From NCBI RefSeq assembly GCF_009914755.1, contig NC_060933.1: a DNA stretch of 64,000 nt. The stretch is one strand, 5' to 3'. Positions 1-13,509 of this stretch are shown piece by piece. Each line of letters begins with the position of its first letter. Position 1 is the first letter of the stretch. Made by a program: the position numbers and the translations under genes. The notes beneath the pieces were generated by a model. It did no database searches, was not told where the DNA came from, and saw nothing but the letters and a program-made list of their open reading frames with translations. This DNA is from the human T2T-CHM13v2.0 reference genome, Homo sapiens.

Positions 1-107
1 ATGGAATGGAATGGAATGGAACGGAAAGGAATGGAATGGAATGGAATGGAATGGAATGGAATCAACGCGAGTGCAGGGGAATGGAATGGAATGGAATGCA
101 ATGGAAT

Positions 108-122
108 GGAATCTTCCGGAAT
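108..122. promoter_or_regulatory. Perfect 3-unit heat shock element motif GGAAT-CTTCC-GGAAT (first of ~42 copies)
   Basis: Seen: gGAAt cTTCc gGAAt matches the alternating nGAAn nTTCn nGAAn HSF consensus. This is a motif match only; binding is not shown. Confidence 0.6.
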
Positions 123-506
123 GGAATGGAATGGAATGGAATGGAATGGAATAAACCCGAGTGCAATGGAATGGAGTGGAATGGAATTGAATGGAATGGA
201 ACAACCCGAATGGAATGGAATGTAATGGAGACTAAGGGAGTTGAATAGAATCAATCCGAATGTAATGGAATGGAATGGAACGGAATGGAATTGAATGGAT
301 TGGAATGGAATGCAATGGAATGGAATCAACCCGAGTTCAATGGAATGGAGAGGAATGGAATGGAATGGAATGGAAACTACCCGAATAGAATGGAATGTAA
401 TGGAGTGTAAGGGAATTGAATAGAATCAATCCGAATGTAATGGAATGGAATGGAACGGAATGGAATGGAATGGAATGGAATGGAATGGAATGGAATGGAA
501 TGCAAT

Positions 507-820
507 GGAATGGAATCAACCCGAGTGCAATCGAGTGGAATCGAATGGAATGGAATGCAATGGAATGGATTCAACTTGAATGGAATGGAAAGAATGGAAT
601 CAACACGAGTGGAATGGCATGGATTGGAATGGAATGGAATGGAATCAACCCGAGTACAGGGGAATGGAATGGAATGGAATGCAATGGAATGGAATCATCC
701 GTAATGGAATGGAAAGGAATGGAATGGAATGGAATGGAATGGAATGGAATGGAATGGAATGGAATGGAATCAACTCGATTGCAATCGAATGGAATGGAAT
801 GGAATTAACCCGAATAGAAT
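507..820 (+). repeat. Recurrent ~300 bp HSat3 core module, first of ~41 copies (CAACTTGAAT-GGAAAGAAT-CAACACGAGT-GGCATGGATT-CAACCCGAGTACAGGGG-CATCCGTAAT-CAACTCGATTGCAATCG-TAACCCGAATAG)
   Basis: Seen: the same ordered words recur. They are marked in the ORF track by MEWKEWNQHE starts at 580, 1843, 3390, 4642, 6108, 8988, 9835, 10998, 12706 ... 62110. A few copies are truncated. Confidence 0.9.
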
Positions 821-3800
821 GGAATGGAATGGAATGGAACGGAACGGAACGGAACGGAACGGAACGGAACGGAGTGGAATGGAATGGAATGGAATTGTAT
901 GGAATGGAATGGCATGGTACGGAATAGAATGGAATGTAAAGAATTGGAATGGAATGGAATCGAATGGAATGGAATGGAATGGAATGGAATCAACCCGAGT
1001 GCAGGGGAATGTAATGGAACGGAATGCAATGGAATGGAATCATCCGGAATGGAATGGAATGGAATGGAATGGAATGGAATGGAATGGAATCAACCCGAGT
1101 GCAATGGAATGGAGTGGAATGGAATGGAATGGAATGGAACAACCCGAATGGAATGGAATGTAATGGAGAGTAACGGAGTTGAATAGAATCAATCCGAATG
1201 TAATGGAATGGAATGGAATGGAATGGAATGGAATGGAATGGAATGGAATGCAATGGAATGGAATCAACCCGAGTACAATGGAACGGAGTGGAATGGAATG
1301 TAATGTAATGGAATGGAATGGAATGGAATGCAATGGAATCAACCCGACTGCAATGGAATGGAGAGGAATGGAATGGAATGGAATGGAAACTACCCGAATG
1401 GAATGGAATGTAATGGAGTGTAAGGGAATTGAATAGAATCAATCCGAATGGAATGGAATGGAATGGAATGGAATGTAATGTAATGGAATGGAATTGAATC
1501 AACCCGAGTGCAGGGGAATGGAATGGAATGGAATGCAATGGAATGGAATCATCAGGAATGGAATGGAATGGAATGCAATGGAATGGAATGGAATGGAATC
1601 AACCCGAGTGCAATGGAATGGAGTGAAATGGAATGGAATGGAATGGAAACAACCAGAATGGATTGGAATATAATGGAGTGTAAGGGAATTGAATAGAATC
1701 AATCTGAATGTAATGAAATGGAATGGAACGGAATGGAATGGAATGGAATGGAATGGAATGGAATGGAATGGAATGGAATCAACCCGAGTGCAATCGAATG
1801 GAATCGAATGGAATGGAATGCAATGGAGTGGATTCAACTTGAATGGAAAGGAAAGAATGGAATCAACACGAGTGGAATGGCATGGATTGGAATGGAATGG
1901 AATGGAATCAACCCGAGTACAGGGGAATGGAATGGAATGGAATGCAATGGAATGGAATCATCAGTAATGGAATGGAAAGCAATGGAAAGGACTGGAATGG
2001 AATGGAATGGAATGGAATGGAATGGAATGGAATGGAATCAAATCGATTGCAATCGAATGGCATGGAATGGAATTAACCCGAATAGAATGGAATGGAATGG
2101 AATGGAACGGAACGGAATGGAATGGAATGGAATGGAATGGAACGGAAAGGAATGCAATGGAATGGAATGGAATGGAATGGAATCAACGCGAGTGCAGGGG
2201 AATGGAATGGAATCGAATGGAATGGAAAGGAATGGAATGGAATCAACCCGAGTGCAGGGGAATGTAATGGAACGGAATGCAATGGAATGGAATCATCCGG
2301 AATGGAATGGAATGGAATGGAATGGAATCAACCCGAGTGCAATGGAATGGAGTGGAATGGAATGGAATGGAATGGAACAACCCGAATGGAATGGAATGTA
2401 ATGGAGAGTAAGGGAGTTGAAAAGAATCAATCCGAACGTAATGGAATGGAATGGAATGGAATGGAATGGAATGGAATGGAATGCAATGGAACGGAATCAA
2501 CCCGAGTACAATGGAATGGAATGGAATGGAATGGAATGGAATGGAATGGAATGGAATGGAATGGAATGCAATGGAATGGAATCTTCCGGAATGGAATGGA
2601 AAGGAATGGAATGGAATGGAATGGAATGGAATGCAATGGATTCAACTCGATTGCAATGGAATGGAATAGAATGGAATGGAATGGAATGGAATTAAACCGA
2701 ATAGAATGGAATGGAATGGAATGGAACGGAACAGAACGGAACGGAACGGAACGGAGTGGAATGGAATGGAATGGAATTGTATGGAATGGAATGGAGTGGT
2801 ACGGAATAGAATGGATTGGAAAGAATTGGAATGGAATGGAATTGAATGGAATGGAATGGAATGGAATGGAATGGAATCAACCCGAGTGCAGGGGAATGTA
2901 ATGGAACGGAATGCAATGGAATGGAATCATCCGGAATGGAATGGAATGGAATGGAATGGAATGGAATGGAATCAACCCGAGTGCAATGGAATGGAGTGGA
3001 ATGGAATGGAATGGAATGGAACAACCCGAATGGAATGGAATGTAATGGAGAGTAAGGGAGTTGAATAAAATCAATCCGAATGTAATGGAATGGAATGGAA
3101 CGGAATGGAATTGAATGGAATGGAATGGAATGCAATGGAATGGAATCAAACCGAGTGCAATGGAATGGAGAGGAATGGAATGGAATGGAATGGAAACTAC
3201 CCGAATGGAATGGAATGTAATGGAGTGTAAGGGAATTGTATAGAATCAATCCGAATATAATGGAATGGAATGGAACGGAATGGAATGGAATGGTATGGAA
3301 TGGAATGGAATGCAATGGAATGGAATCAACCCGAGTGCAATCGAATGGAATCGAATGGAATGGAATGCAATGGAATGGATTCAACTTGAATGGAATGGAA
3401 AGAATGGAATCAACACGAGTGGAAGGGCATGGATTGGAATGGAATGGAATGGAATCAACACGAGTACAGGGGAATGGAATGGAATGGAATGCAATGGAAT
3501 GGAATCATCCGTAATGGAATGGAAAGGAATGGAATGGAATGGAATGGAATAGAATGGAATGGAATGGAATGGAATCAACTCGATTGCAATCGAATGGAAT
3601 GGGATGGAATTAACCCGAATAGAATGGAATGGAATGGAATGGAACGGAACGGAACGGAACGGAATGGAACGGACTGGAATGGAAAGGCATGGAATTGTAT
3701 GGAATGGAATGGCATGGTACGGAATAGAATGGAATGGAAAGAATTGGAATGGAATGTAATCGAATGGAATGGAATGGAATGGAATGGAATCAACCCGAGT

Positions 3801-3889
3801 GCAGGGGAATGTAATGGAACGGAATGCAATGGAATGGAATCATCCGGAATGGAATAGAATGGAATGGAATGGAATGGAATGGAATGGAA

Positions 3890-6790
3890 TGGAATCAACC
3901 CGAGTGCAATGGAATGGAGTGGAATGGAATGGAATGGAATGGAACAACCCGAATGGAATGGAATGGAATGGACAGTAAGGGAGTTGAATAGAATCAATCC
4001 GAATGTAATGGAATGGAACGGAATGGAATGGAATGGAATGGAATGGAATGGAATGGAATGGAATGCAATGGAATGGAATCAACCCGAGTACAATGGAACG
4101 GAATGGAATGGAATGTAATGGAATGGAATGGAATGGAATGGAATCAAACCGAGTGCAATGGAATGGAGAGGAATGGAATGGAATGGAATGGAAACTACCC
4201 GAATGGAATGGAATGTAATGGAGTGTAAGGGAAATGAATAGAATCAATCCGAATGGAATGGAATGGAATGGAACGGAATGGAATGGAATGGAATGGAATG
4301 GAATCAACCCGAGTGCAGGGGAATGGAATTGAATGGAATGCAATGGAATGGAATCATCCGGAATGGAATGGAATGGAATGCAATGGAATGGAATGGAATG
4401 GAATCAACCCGAGTGCAATGGAATGGAGTGAAATGGAATGGAATGGAATGGAAACAACCAGAATGGATTGGAATATAATGGAGTGTAAGGGAATTGAATA
4501 GAATCAATCGAATGTAATGAAATGGAATGGAACGGAATGGAATGGAATGGAATGGAATGGAATGCAATGGAATGGAATCAACCCGAGTGCAATCGAATAG
4601 AATCGAATGGAATGGAATGCAATGGAATGGATTAAACTTGAATGGAAAGGAAAGAATGGAATCAACACGAGTGGAATGGCATGGATTGGAATGGAATGAA
4701 ATGGAATCAACCCGAGTACAGGGGAATGGAATGGAATGGAATGCAATGGAATGGAATCATCAGTAATGGAATGGAAAGGAATGGAAAGGACTGGAATGGA
4801 ATGGAATGGAATGGAATGGAATGGAATCAAATCGATTGCAATCGAATGGAATGGAATGGAATTAACCCGAATAGAATGGAATGGAATGGAATGGAACGGA
4901 ACGGAATGGAATAGAATGGAATGGAATGGAACGGAAAGGAATGGAATGGAATGGAATGGAATGGAATGGAATCAACGCGAGTGCAGGGGAATGGAATGGA
5001 ATGGAATGGAATGGAATGGAATGGAATGGAATGGAATCAACCCGAGTGCAGGGGAATGTAATGGAACGGAATGCAATGGAATGGAATCATCCGGAATGGA
5101 ATGGAATGGAATGGAATGGAATCAACCCGAGTGCAATGGAAAGGAGTGGAAAGGAATGGAATGGAATGGAACAACCCGAATGGAATGGAATGTAATGGAG
5201 AGTAAGGGAGTTGAAAAGAATCAATCCGAATGTAATGGAATGGAATGGAACGGAATGGAATGGAATGGAATGGAATGGAATGGAATGGAATGGAATCAAC
5301 CCGAGTACAATGGAATGGAATGGAATGGAATGGAATGGAATGGAATGGAATGGAATGGAATCAACCCGAGTGCAATGGAATGGAGTGGAATGGAATGGAA
5401 TGGAATGGAACAACCCGAATGGAATGGAATGGAATGGACAGTAAGGGAGTTGAATAGAATCAATCCGAGTGTAATGGAATGGAACGGAATGGAATGGAAT
5501 GGAATGGAATGGAATGGAATGGAATGGAATGCAATGGAATGGAATCAACCCGAGTACAATGGAACGGAATGGAATGGAATGTAATGGAATGGAATGGAAT
5601 GGAATGGAATCAAACCGAGTGCAATGGAATGGAGAGGAATGGAATGGAATGGAATGGAAACTACCCGAATGGAATGGAATGTAATGGAGTGTAAGGGAAA
5701 TGAATAGAATCAATCCGAATGGAATGGAATGGAATGGAACGGAATGGAATGGAATGGAATGGAATGGAATCAACCCGAGTGCAGGGGAATGGAATTGAAT
5801 GGAATGCAATGGAACGGAATCATCCGGAATGGAATGGAATGGAATGCAATGGAATGGAATGGAATGGAATCAACCCGAGTGCAATGGAATGGAGTGAAAT
5901 GGAATGGAATGGAATGGAAACAACCAGAATGGATTGGAATATAATGGAGTGTAAGGGAATTGAATAGAATCAATCGAATGTAATGAAATGGAATGGAACG
6001 GAATGGAATGGAATGGAATGGAATGGAATGCAATGGAATGGAATCAACCCGAGTGCAATCGAATGGAATCGAATGGAATGGAATGCAATGGAATGGATTA
6101 AACTTGAATGGAAAGGAAAGAATGGAATCAACACGAGTGGAATGGCATGGATTGGAATGGAATGAAATGGAATCAACCCGAGTACAGGGGAATGGAATGG
6201 AATGGAATGCAATGGAATGGAATCATCAGTAATGGAATGGAAAGGAATGGAAAGGACTGGAATGGAATGGAATGGAATGGAATGGAATGGAATCAAATCG
6301 ATTGCAATCGAATGGAATGGAATGGAATTAACCCGAATAGAATGGAATGGAATGGAATGGAACGGAACGGAATGGAATAGAATGGAATGGAATGGAAGGG
6401 AAAGGAATGGAATGGAATGGAATGGAATGGAATGGAATCAACGCGAGTGCAGGGGAATGGAATGGAATGGAATGGAATGGAATGGAATGGAATGGAACCA
6501 ACCCGAGTGCAGGGGAATGTAATGGAACGGAATGCAATGGAATGGAATCATCCGGAATGGAATGGAATGGAATGGAATGGAATCAACCCGAGTGCAATGG
6601 AAAGGAGTGGAATGGAATGGAATGGAATGGAACAACCCGAATGGAATGGAATGTAATGGAGAGTAAGGGAGTTGAAAAGAATCAATCCGAATGTAATGGA
6701 ATGGAATGGAACGGAATCGAATGGAATGGAATGGAATGGAATGGAATGGAATGGAATGCAATGGAATGGAATCAACCCGAGTACAAAGGA
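3890..6790 (+). repeat. Tandem duplication, ~1466 bp unit (copy 1 ~3890-5350, copy 2 ~5355-6790)
   Basis: The private variant GGACAGTAAGG has its GACA at 3971 and 5437. Identical or near-identical ORF pairs 4013/5479, 4253/5719, 4504/5970 and 4642/6108 are all offset by 1466. Shared variants GGGAAATGAAT, CAATCGAATGTAATGAA and ATTAAACTTG. Confidence 0.9.
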
Positions 6791-9700
6791 ATGGAATGGA
6801 ATGGAATGGAATGGAATGGAATGGAATGGAATGCAACGGAATGGATTCTTCCGGAATGGAATGGAAAGGAATGGAATGGAATGGAATGGAATGGAATGGA
6901 ATGCAATGGATTCAACTCTATTGCAATGGAATGGAATAGAATGGAATGGAATGGAATGGAACGGAATGGAATTAAACGGAATAGAATGGAATGGAATGGA
7001 ATGGAACGGAACAGAACGGAACGGAACGGAACGGTGTGGAATGGAATGGAATGGAATTGTATGGAATGGAATGGAATGGTACGGAAAAGAATGGAATGGA
7101 AAGAATTGGAATGGAATGGAATGGAATGGAATGGAATGGAATGGAATCAACCCGAGTGCAGGGGAATGTAATGGAACGGAATGCAATGGAATGGAATCAT
7201 CCGGAATGGAATGGAATGGAATGGAATGGAATGGAATGGAATGGAATCAACCCGAGCGCAATGGAATGGAGTGGAATGGATTGGAATGCAATGGAACAAC
7301 CCGAATGGAATGGAATGTAATGGAGAGTAAGGGAGTTGAATAGAATCAATCCGAATGGAATGGAATGGAATGGAATGGAAAGGAATGGAATGGAATGGAA
7401 TGCAATGGAATGGAATCAACCCGAGTGCAATGGAATGGAGTGGAATGGAATGGAATGGAATGGAACAACCCGAATGGAATGGAATGTAATGGAAAGTAAA
7501 GGAGCTGAAAAGAATCAATCCGAAAGTAATGGAATGGAATGGAACGGAATGGAATGGAATGGAATGGAATGGAATGGAATGGAATGGAAAGCAATGGAAT
7601 GGAATCAACCCGAGTACAATGGAATGGAATGGAATGGAATGGAATGGAATGGAATCAACGCGAGTGCAGGGGAATGCAATGGAATGGAATGGAATGGAAC
7701 GGAATCTTCCGGAATGGAATGGAATGGAATGGAATGGAATGGAATGGAATGGAATGCAATGGATTCAACACGATTGCAATGGAATGGAATAGAATGGAAT
7801 GGAATGGAATGGAATGGAATGGAATGGAATCAACGCGAGCGCAGGGGAATGGAATGGAATGGAATGCAATGGAATGGAATCTTCCGGAATGGAATGGAAT
7901 GGAATGGAATGTAATGCAATGGATTCAACTCGATTGCAATGGAATGGAATAGAATTGAATGGAATGGAATGGAATGGAACGGAATGGAACGGAACGGAAC
8001 GGAGTGGAATGGAAAGGAATGGAATTGTATGGAATGGAATGGCATGGTACGGAATAGAATGGAATGGAAAGAATTGGAATGGAATGGAATCGAATGGAAT
8101 GGAATGGAATGGAATGGAATCAACCCGAGTGCAGGGGAATGTAATGGAACGGAATGCAATGGAATGGAATCATCCGGAATTGAATGGAATGGAATGGAAT
8201 GGAATGGAATGGAATCAACCCGAGTGCAATGGAATGGAGTGGAATGGAATGGAATGGAATGGAACAACACGAATGGAATGGAATGTAATGGAGAGTAAGG
8301 GAGTTGAATAGAATCAATCCGAATGTAATGGAATGGAATGGAATGGAATGGAATGGAATGGCATGGAATGGAATGGAATGCAATGGAATGGAATCAACCC
8401 GAGTACAATGGAACGGAATGGAATGCAAGGTAATGTAATGGAATGGAATGGAATGGAACGGAATGAAATGGAATCAACCAGAGTGCAATGGAATGGAGAG
8501 GAATGGAATGGAATGGAATGGAAACTACCTGAATGGAATGGAATGTAATGGAGTGTAAGGGAATTGAATAGAATCAATCCGAATGGAATGGAATGGAATG
8601 GAATGGAACGGAATGTAGTGGAATGGAATGGAATGGAATCAACCCGAGTGCAGGGAAATGGAATGGAATGGAATGCAATGGAATGGAATCATCCGGAATG
8701 GAATGGATTGGAATGCAATGGAATGGAATGGAATGGAATTAACCCGAGTGCAATGGAATGGAGTGAAATGGAATGGAATGGAATGGAAACAACCAGAATG
8801 GATTGGAATATAATGGAGTGTAAGGGAATTGAATAGAATAAACCTGAATGTAATGAAATGGAATGGAACGGAATGGAATGCAATGGAATGGAATGGAATG
8901 GAATGGAATGCAATGGAATGGAATCAACCCGAGTGCAATCGAATGGAATCGAATGGAATGGAATGCAATGGAAAGGATTCAACTTGAATGGAATGGAAAA
9001 AATGGAATCAACACGAGTGGAATGGCATGGATTGGAATGGAATGGAATGGAATCAACCCGAGAACAGGGGAATGGAATGGAATGGAATGCAATGGAATGG
9101 AATCATCCGTAATGGAATGGAAAGGAATGGAATGGAATGGAATGGAATGGAATCAACTCGATTGCAATCGAATGGAATGGAATGGAATTAACAGAATAGA
9201 ATGGAATGGAATGGAATGGAACGGAACGGAATGGAATGGAATGGAATGGAATGGAATGGAATGGAATGGAACGGAAAGGAAGGGAATGGAATGGAATAGA
9301 ATGGAATGGAATGGAATCAACGCGAGTGCAGGGGAATGGAATGGAATGGAATGCAATGGAATGGAATCTTCCGGAATGGAATGGAATGGAATGGAATGGA
9401 ATGGAATGGAATCAACCCGAGTGCAATGGAATGGAGTGGAATGGAATGGAATGGAATGGAACAACCCGAATGGAATGGAATGTAATGGAGAGTAAGGGAG
9501 TTGAATAGAATCAATCAGAATGTAATGGAATAGAATGGAACGGAATGGAATTGAATGGAATGGAATGGAATGCAATGGAATGGAATCAACCCGAGTGCAA
9601 TGGAACGGAGAGGAATGGAATGGAATGGAATGGAAACTACCCGAATGGAATGGAATGGAATGGAGTGTAAGGGAATTGAATAGAATCAATCCGAATGTAA

Positions 9701-12700
9701 TGGAATGGAATGGAACGGAATGGAATGGAATGGAATGGAATGGAATGTAATGGAATGCAATGGAATGGAATCAACCCGAGTGCAATCGAATTGAATCGAA
9801 TGGAATGGAATGCAATGGAATGGATTCAACTTGAATGGAATGGAAAGAATGGAATCAACACGAGTGGAATGGCATGGATTGGAATGGAATGGAATGGAAT
9901 CAACCCGAGTACAGGGGAATGGAATGGAATGGAATGCAATGGAATGGAATCATCCGTAATGGAATGGAAAGGAATGGAATGGAATGGAATGGAATGGAAT
10001 GGAATGGAATCAACTCGATTGCAATCGAATGGAATGGAATGGAATTAACCCGAATAGAATGGAATGGAATGGAATGGAACGGAACGGAATGGAATGGAAT
10101 GGAATGGAATGGAATGGAATGGAATGGAACGGAACGGAACGGAATGGAATGGAATGGAATCAACGCGAGTGCAGGGGAATGGAATGGAATGGAATGCAAT
10201 GGAATGGAATCTTCCGGAATGGAATGGAATGGAATGGAATGGAATGAAATGCAATGGATTCAACTCGATTGCAATGGAATGGAATAGAATGGAATGGATT
10301 TGAATTGAATGGAATTAACCCGAATAGAATGGAATGGAATGGAATGGAACGGAATGGAACGGAATGGAATGGAATGGAATGGAACAGAATGGAATGGAAT
10401 GGTATGGAATGGAATGGAATGGTACGGAATAGAATGGAATGGAACGAATTGTAATGGAATGGAATTGAAGGGAATGGAATGGAATGGAATCAACGCGAGT
10501 GCAGGGGAATGTAATGGAACGGAATGCAATGGAATGGAATCATCCGGAATGGAGTGGAATGGAATGGAAGGGAATGGAATGGAATCAACCCGAGTTCAAT
10601 GGAATGGAGTGGAATGGAATGGAATGGAATGGAACAACCCGAATGGAATGGAATGTAATGGAGAGTAAGGGAGTTGAATAGAATCAATCCGAATGTAATG
10701 GAATGGAATGGAATGCAATGGAATGGAATCAACCCAAGTGCAATGGAATGGAGAGGAATGGAATGGAATGGAATGGAAACTACCCGAATGGAATGGAATG
10801 TAATGGAGTGTAAGGTAATTGAATAGAATCAATCCGAATGTAATGGAATGGAATGGAACGGAATGGAATGGAATGGAATGGAATGGAATGGAATGGAATG
10901 GAATGGAATTGAATGGAATGCAATGGAATGGAATCAACCCAAGCGCAATCGAATGGAATCGAATGGAATGGAATGCAATGGAATGGATTCAACTTGAATG
11001 GAATGGAAAGAATGGAATCAACACGAGTGGAATGGCATGGATTGGAATGGAATGGAATGGAATCAACCCGAGTACAGGGGAATGGAATGGAATGGAATGC
11101 AATGGAATGGAATCATCCGTAATGGAATGGAAAGGAATGAAATGGAATGGAATGTAATAGAATGGAATGGAATCAACTCGATTGCAATCGAATGGAATGG
11201 AATGGAATTAACCCGAATAGAATGGAATGGAATGGAATGGAATGGAACGGAACGGAATGGAATGGAATGGAATGGAATGGAACGGAATGGAACGGAATGG
11301 AATGGAATGGAATGGAATCAACGCGAGTGCAGGGGAATGGAATGGAATGGAATGCAATGGAATGGAATCTTCCGGAATGGAATGGAATGGAATGGAATGG
11401 AATGGAATGAAATGCAATGGATTCAAATCAATTGCAATGGAATGGAATAGAATGGAATGGAATGGAATGGAATGGAATGGAATTAATTCGAATAGAATGG
11501 AATGGAATGGAATGGAACGGAATGGAACGGAATGGAATGGAATGCAATGGAATGGAATGGTATGGAATGGAATTGAATGGTACGGAATAGAATGGAATGG
11601 AACGAATTGTAATGGAATGGAATGGAATGGAATGGAATGGAATGGAATCAACGCGAGTGCAGGGGAATGTAATGGAACGGAATGCAATGGAATGGAATCA
11701 TCCGGAATGGAATGGAATGGAATGGAATGGAATGGAATCAACCCGAGTGCAATGGAATGGAGTGGAATGGAATGGAATGGAATGGAACAACCCGAATGGA
11801 ATGGAATGGAATGGAGAGTAAGGGAGTTGAATAGAATCAATCCGAATGTAATGGAATGGAATGCAACGGAATGGAATGGAATGGAATGGAATGGAATGGA
11901 ATGAAATGGAATTGAATCAACCCGAGTACAATGGAATGGAATGGAATGGAATGGAATGGAATGGAATGGAATGGAATGGAATGATACGGAATAGAATGGA
12001 ATGGAACGAAATGGAATGGAATGGAATGGAATGGAATAGTTCCGAGTGGAATAGGAGGGAATGTATTCGAGTGGAATGGAAAGGAATGGAATCAACCAGA
12101 GTGGAATGGAAGGGAATGGAATGGAATGGAAACTAATAGAATGGAATCAACCCGAGAAGAATGGAATGGAAAGGACTGGAATGGAATGGAATGGAATGGA
12201 ATCAACTCGATTGTAATGGAATGGAATGGAATGTAATGAAATGGAATGGAATTAACCCGAATACAATGCAATGGAATGGAATGGAACGGAATGGAGTGGA
12301 ATGGAATGGAATCAACCCGAGTGCAGGGGAATGGAATGGAATGGAATGCAATGGAATGGAATCATCCGGAATGGAATGGAATGGAATGGAATGCAAAGCA
12401 ATGGAATCAACTCGATTGCAATGGAATGGAATGGAATGGAAAAAAAAACATTGGAATCAACCCGAGTGGAATGGAATGGAAAGGACTGGAATGGAGTGGA
12501 ATGGAATGGAATGGAATGGAATTGAATCAACTCGATTGGAATGGAATGGAATGGAATGGAATTAACCCGAATAGAATGGAATGGAATGGAATGGAACGGA
12601 ACGGAATGGAATGGAATGGAATGGAATGGAATGGAATGGGATGGAAACAACCCGACTGCAGGGGATTGGAATGGAATGGAATGCAATGGAATGGATTCAA

Positions 12701-13509
12701 CTTGAATGGAATGGAAAGAATGGAATCAACACGAGTGGAATGGCATGGATTGGAATGGAATGGAATGGAATCAACCCGAGTACAGGGGAATGGAATGGAA
12801 TGGAATGCAATGGAATGCAATCATCCGTAATGGAATGGAAAGGAATGGAATGGAATGGAATGGAATGGAATGGAATCAACTCGATTGCAATCGAATGGAA
12901 TGGAATGGAATTAACCCGAATACAATGGAATGGAATGGAATGGAACGGAACGGAATGGAATGGAATGGAATGGAATGGAATGGAACGGAACGGAATGGAA
13001 TGGAATGGAATGGAATGGAATCAACGCGAGTGCAGGGGCATGGAATGGAATGGAATGCAATGGAATGGAATCTTCCGGAATGGAATGGAATGGAATGGAA
13101 TGGAATGAAATGCAATGGATTCAACTCAATTGCAATGGAATGGAATAGAATGGAATGGAATGGAATGGAATGGAATGGAATTAATTCGAATAGAATGGAA
13201 TGGAATGGAATGGAACGGAATGTAACGGAATGGAATGGAATGAAATGGAATGGAATGGTATGGAATGGAATTGAATGGTACCGAATAGAATGGAATGGAA
13301 CGAATTGTAATGGAATGGAATGGAATGGAATGGAATGGAATGGAATCAACGCGAGTGCAGGGGAATGTAATGGAACGGAATGCAATGGAATGGAATCATC
13401 CGGAATGGAATGGAATGGAATGGAATGGAATGGAATGGAATCATCCGTAATGGAATGGAAAGGAATGGAATGGAATGGAATGGAATGGAATGGAATGGAA
13501 TGGAATGGA

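Noticed and set aside
651-665. G-quadruplex potential at CAGGGG and AAGGG words
   Set aside because: Runs of three or more G are isolated and far apart, so no canonical four-tract motif is present.
12440-12448. Poly(A) tail of a retroelement
   Set aside because: Length-neutral replacement of consensus bases, with no element body or target-site duplication.
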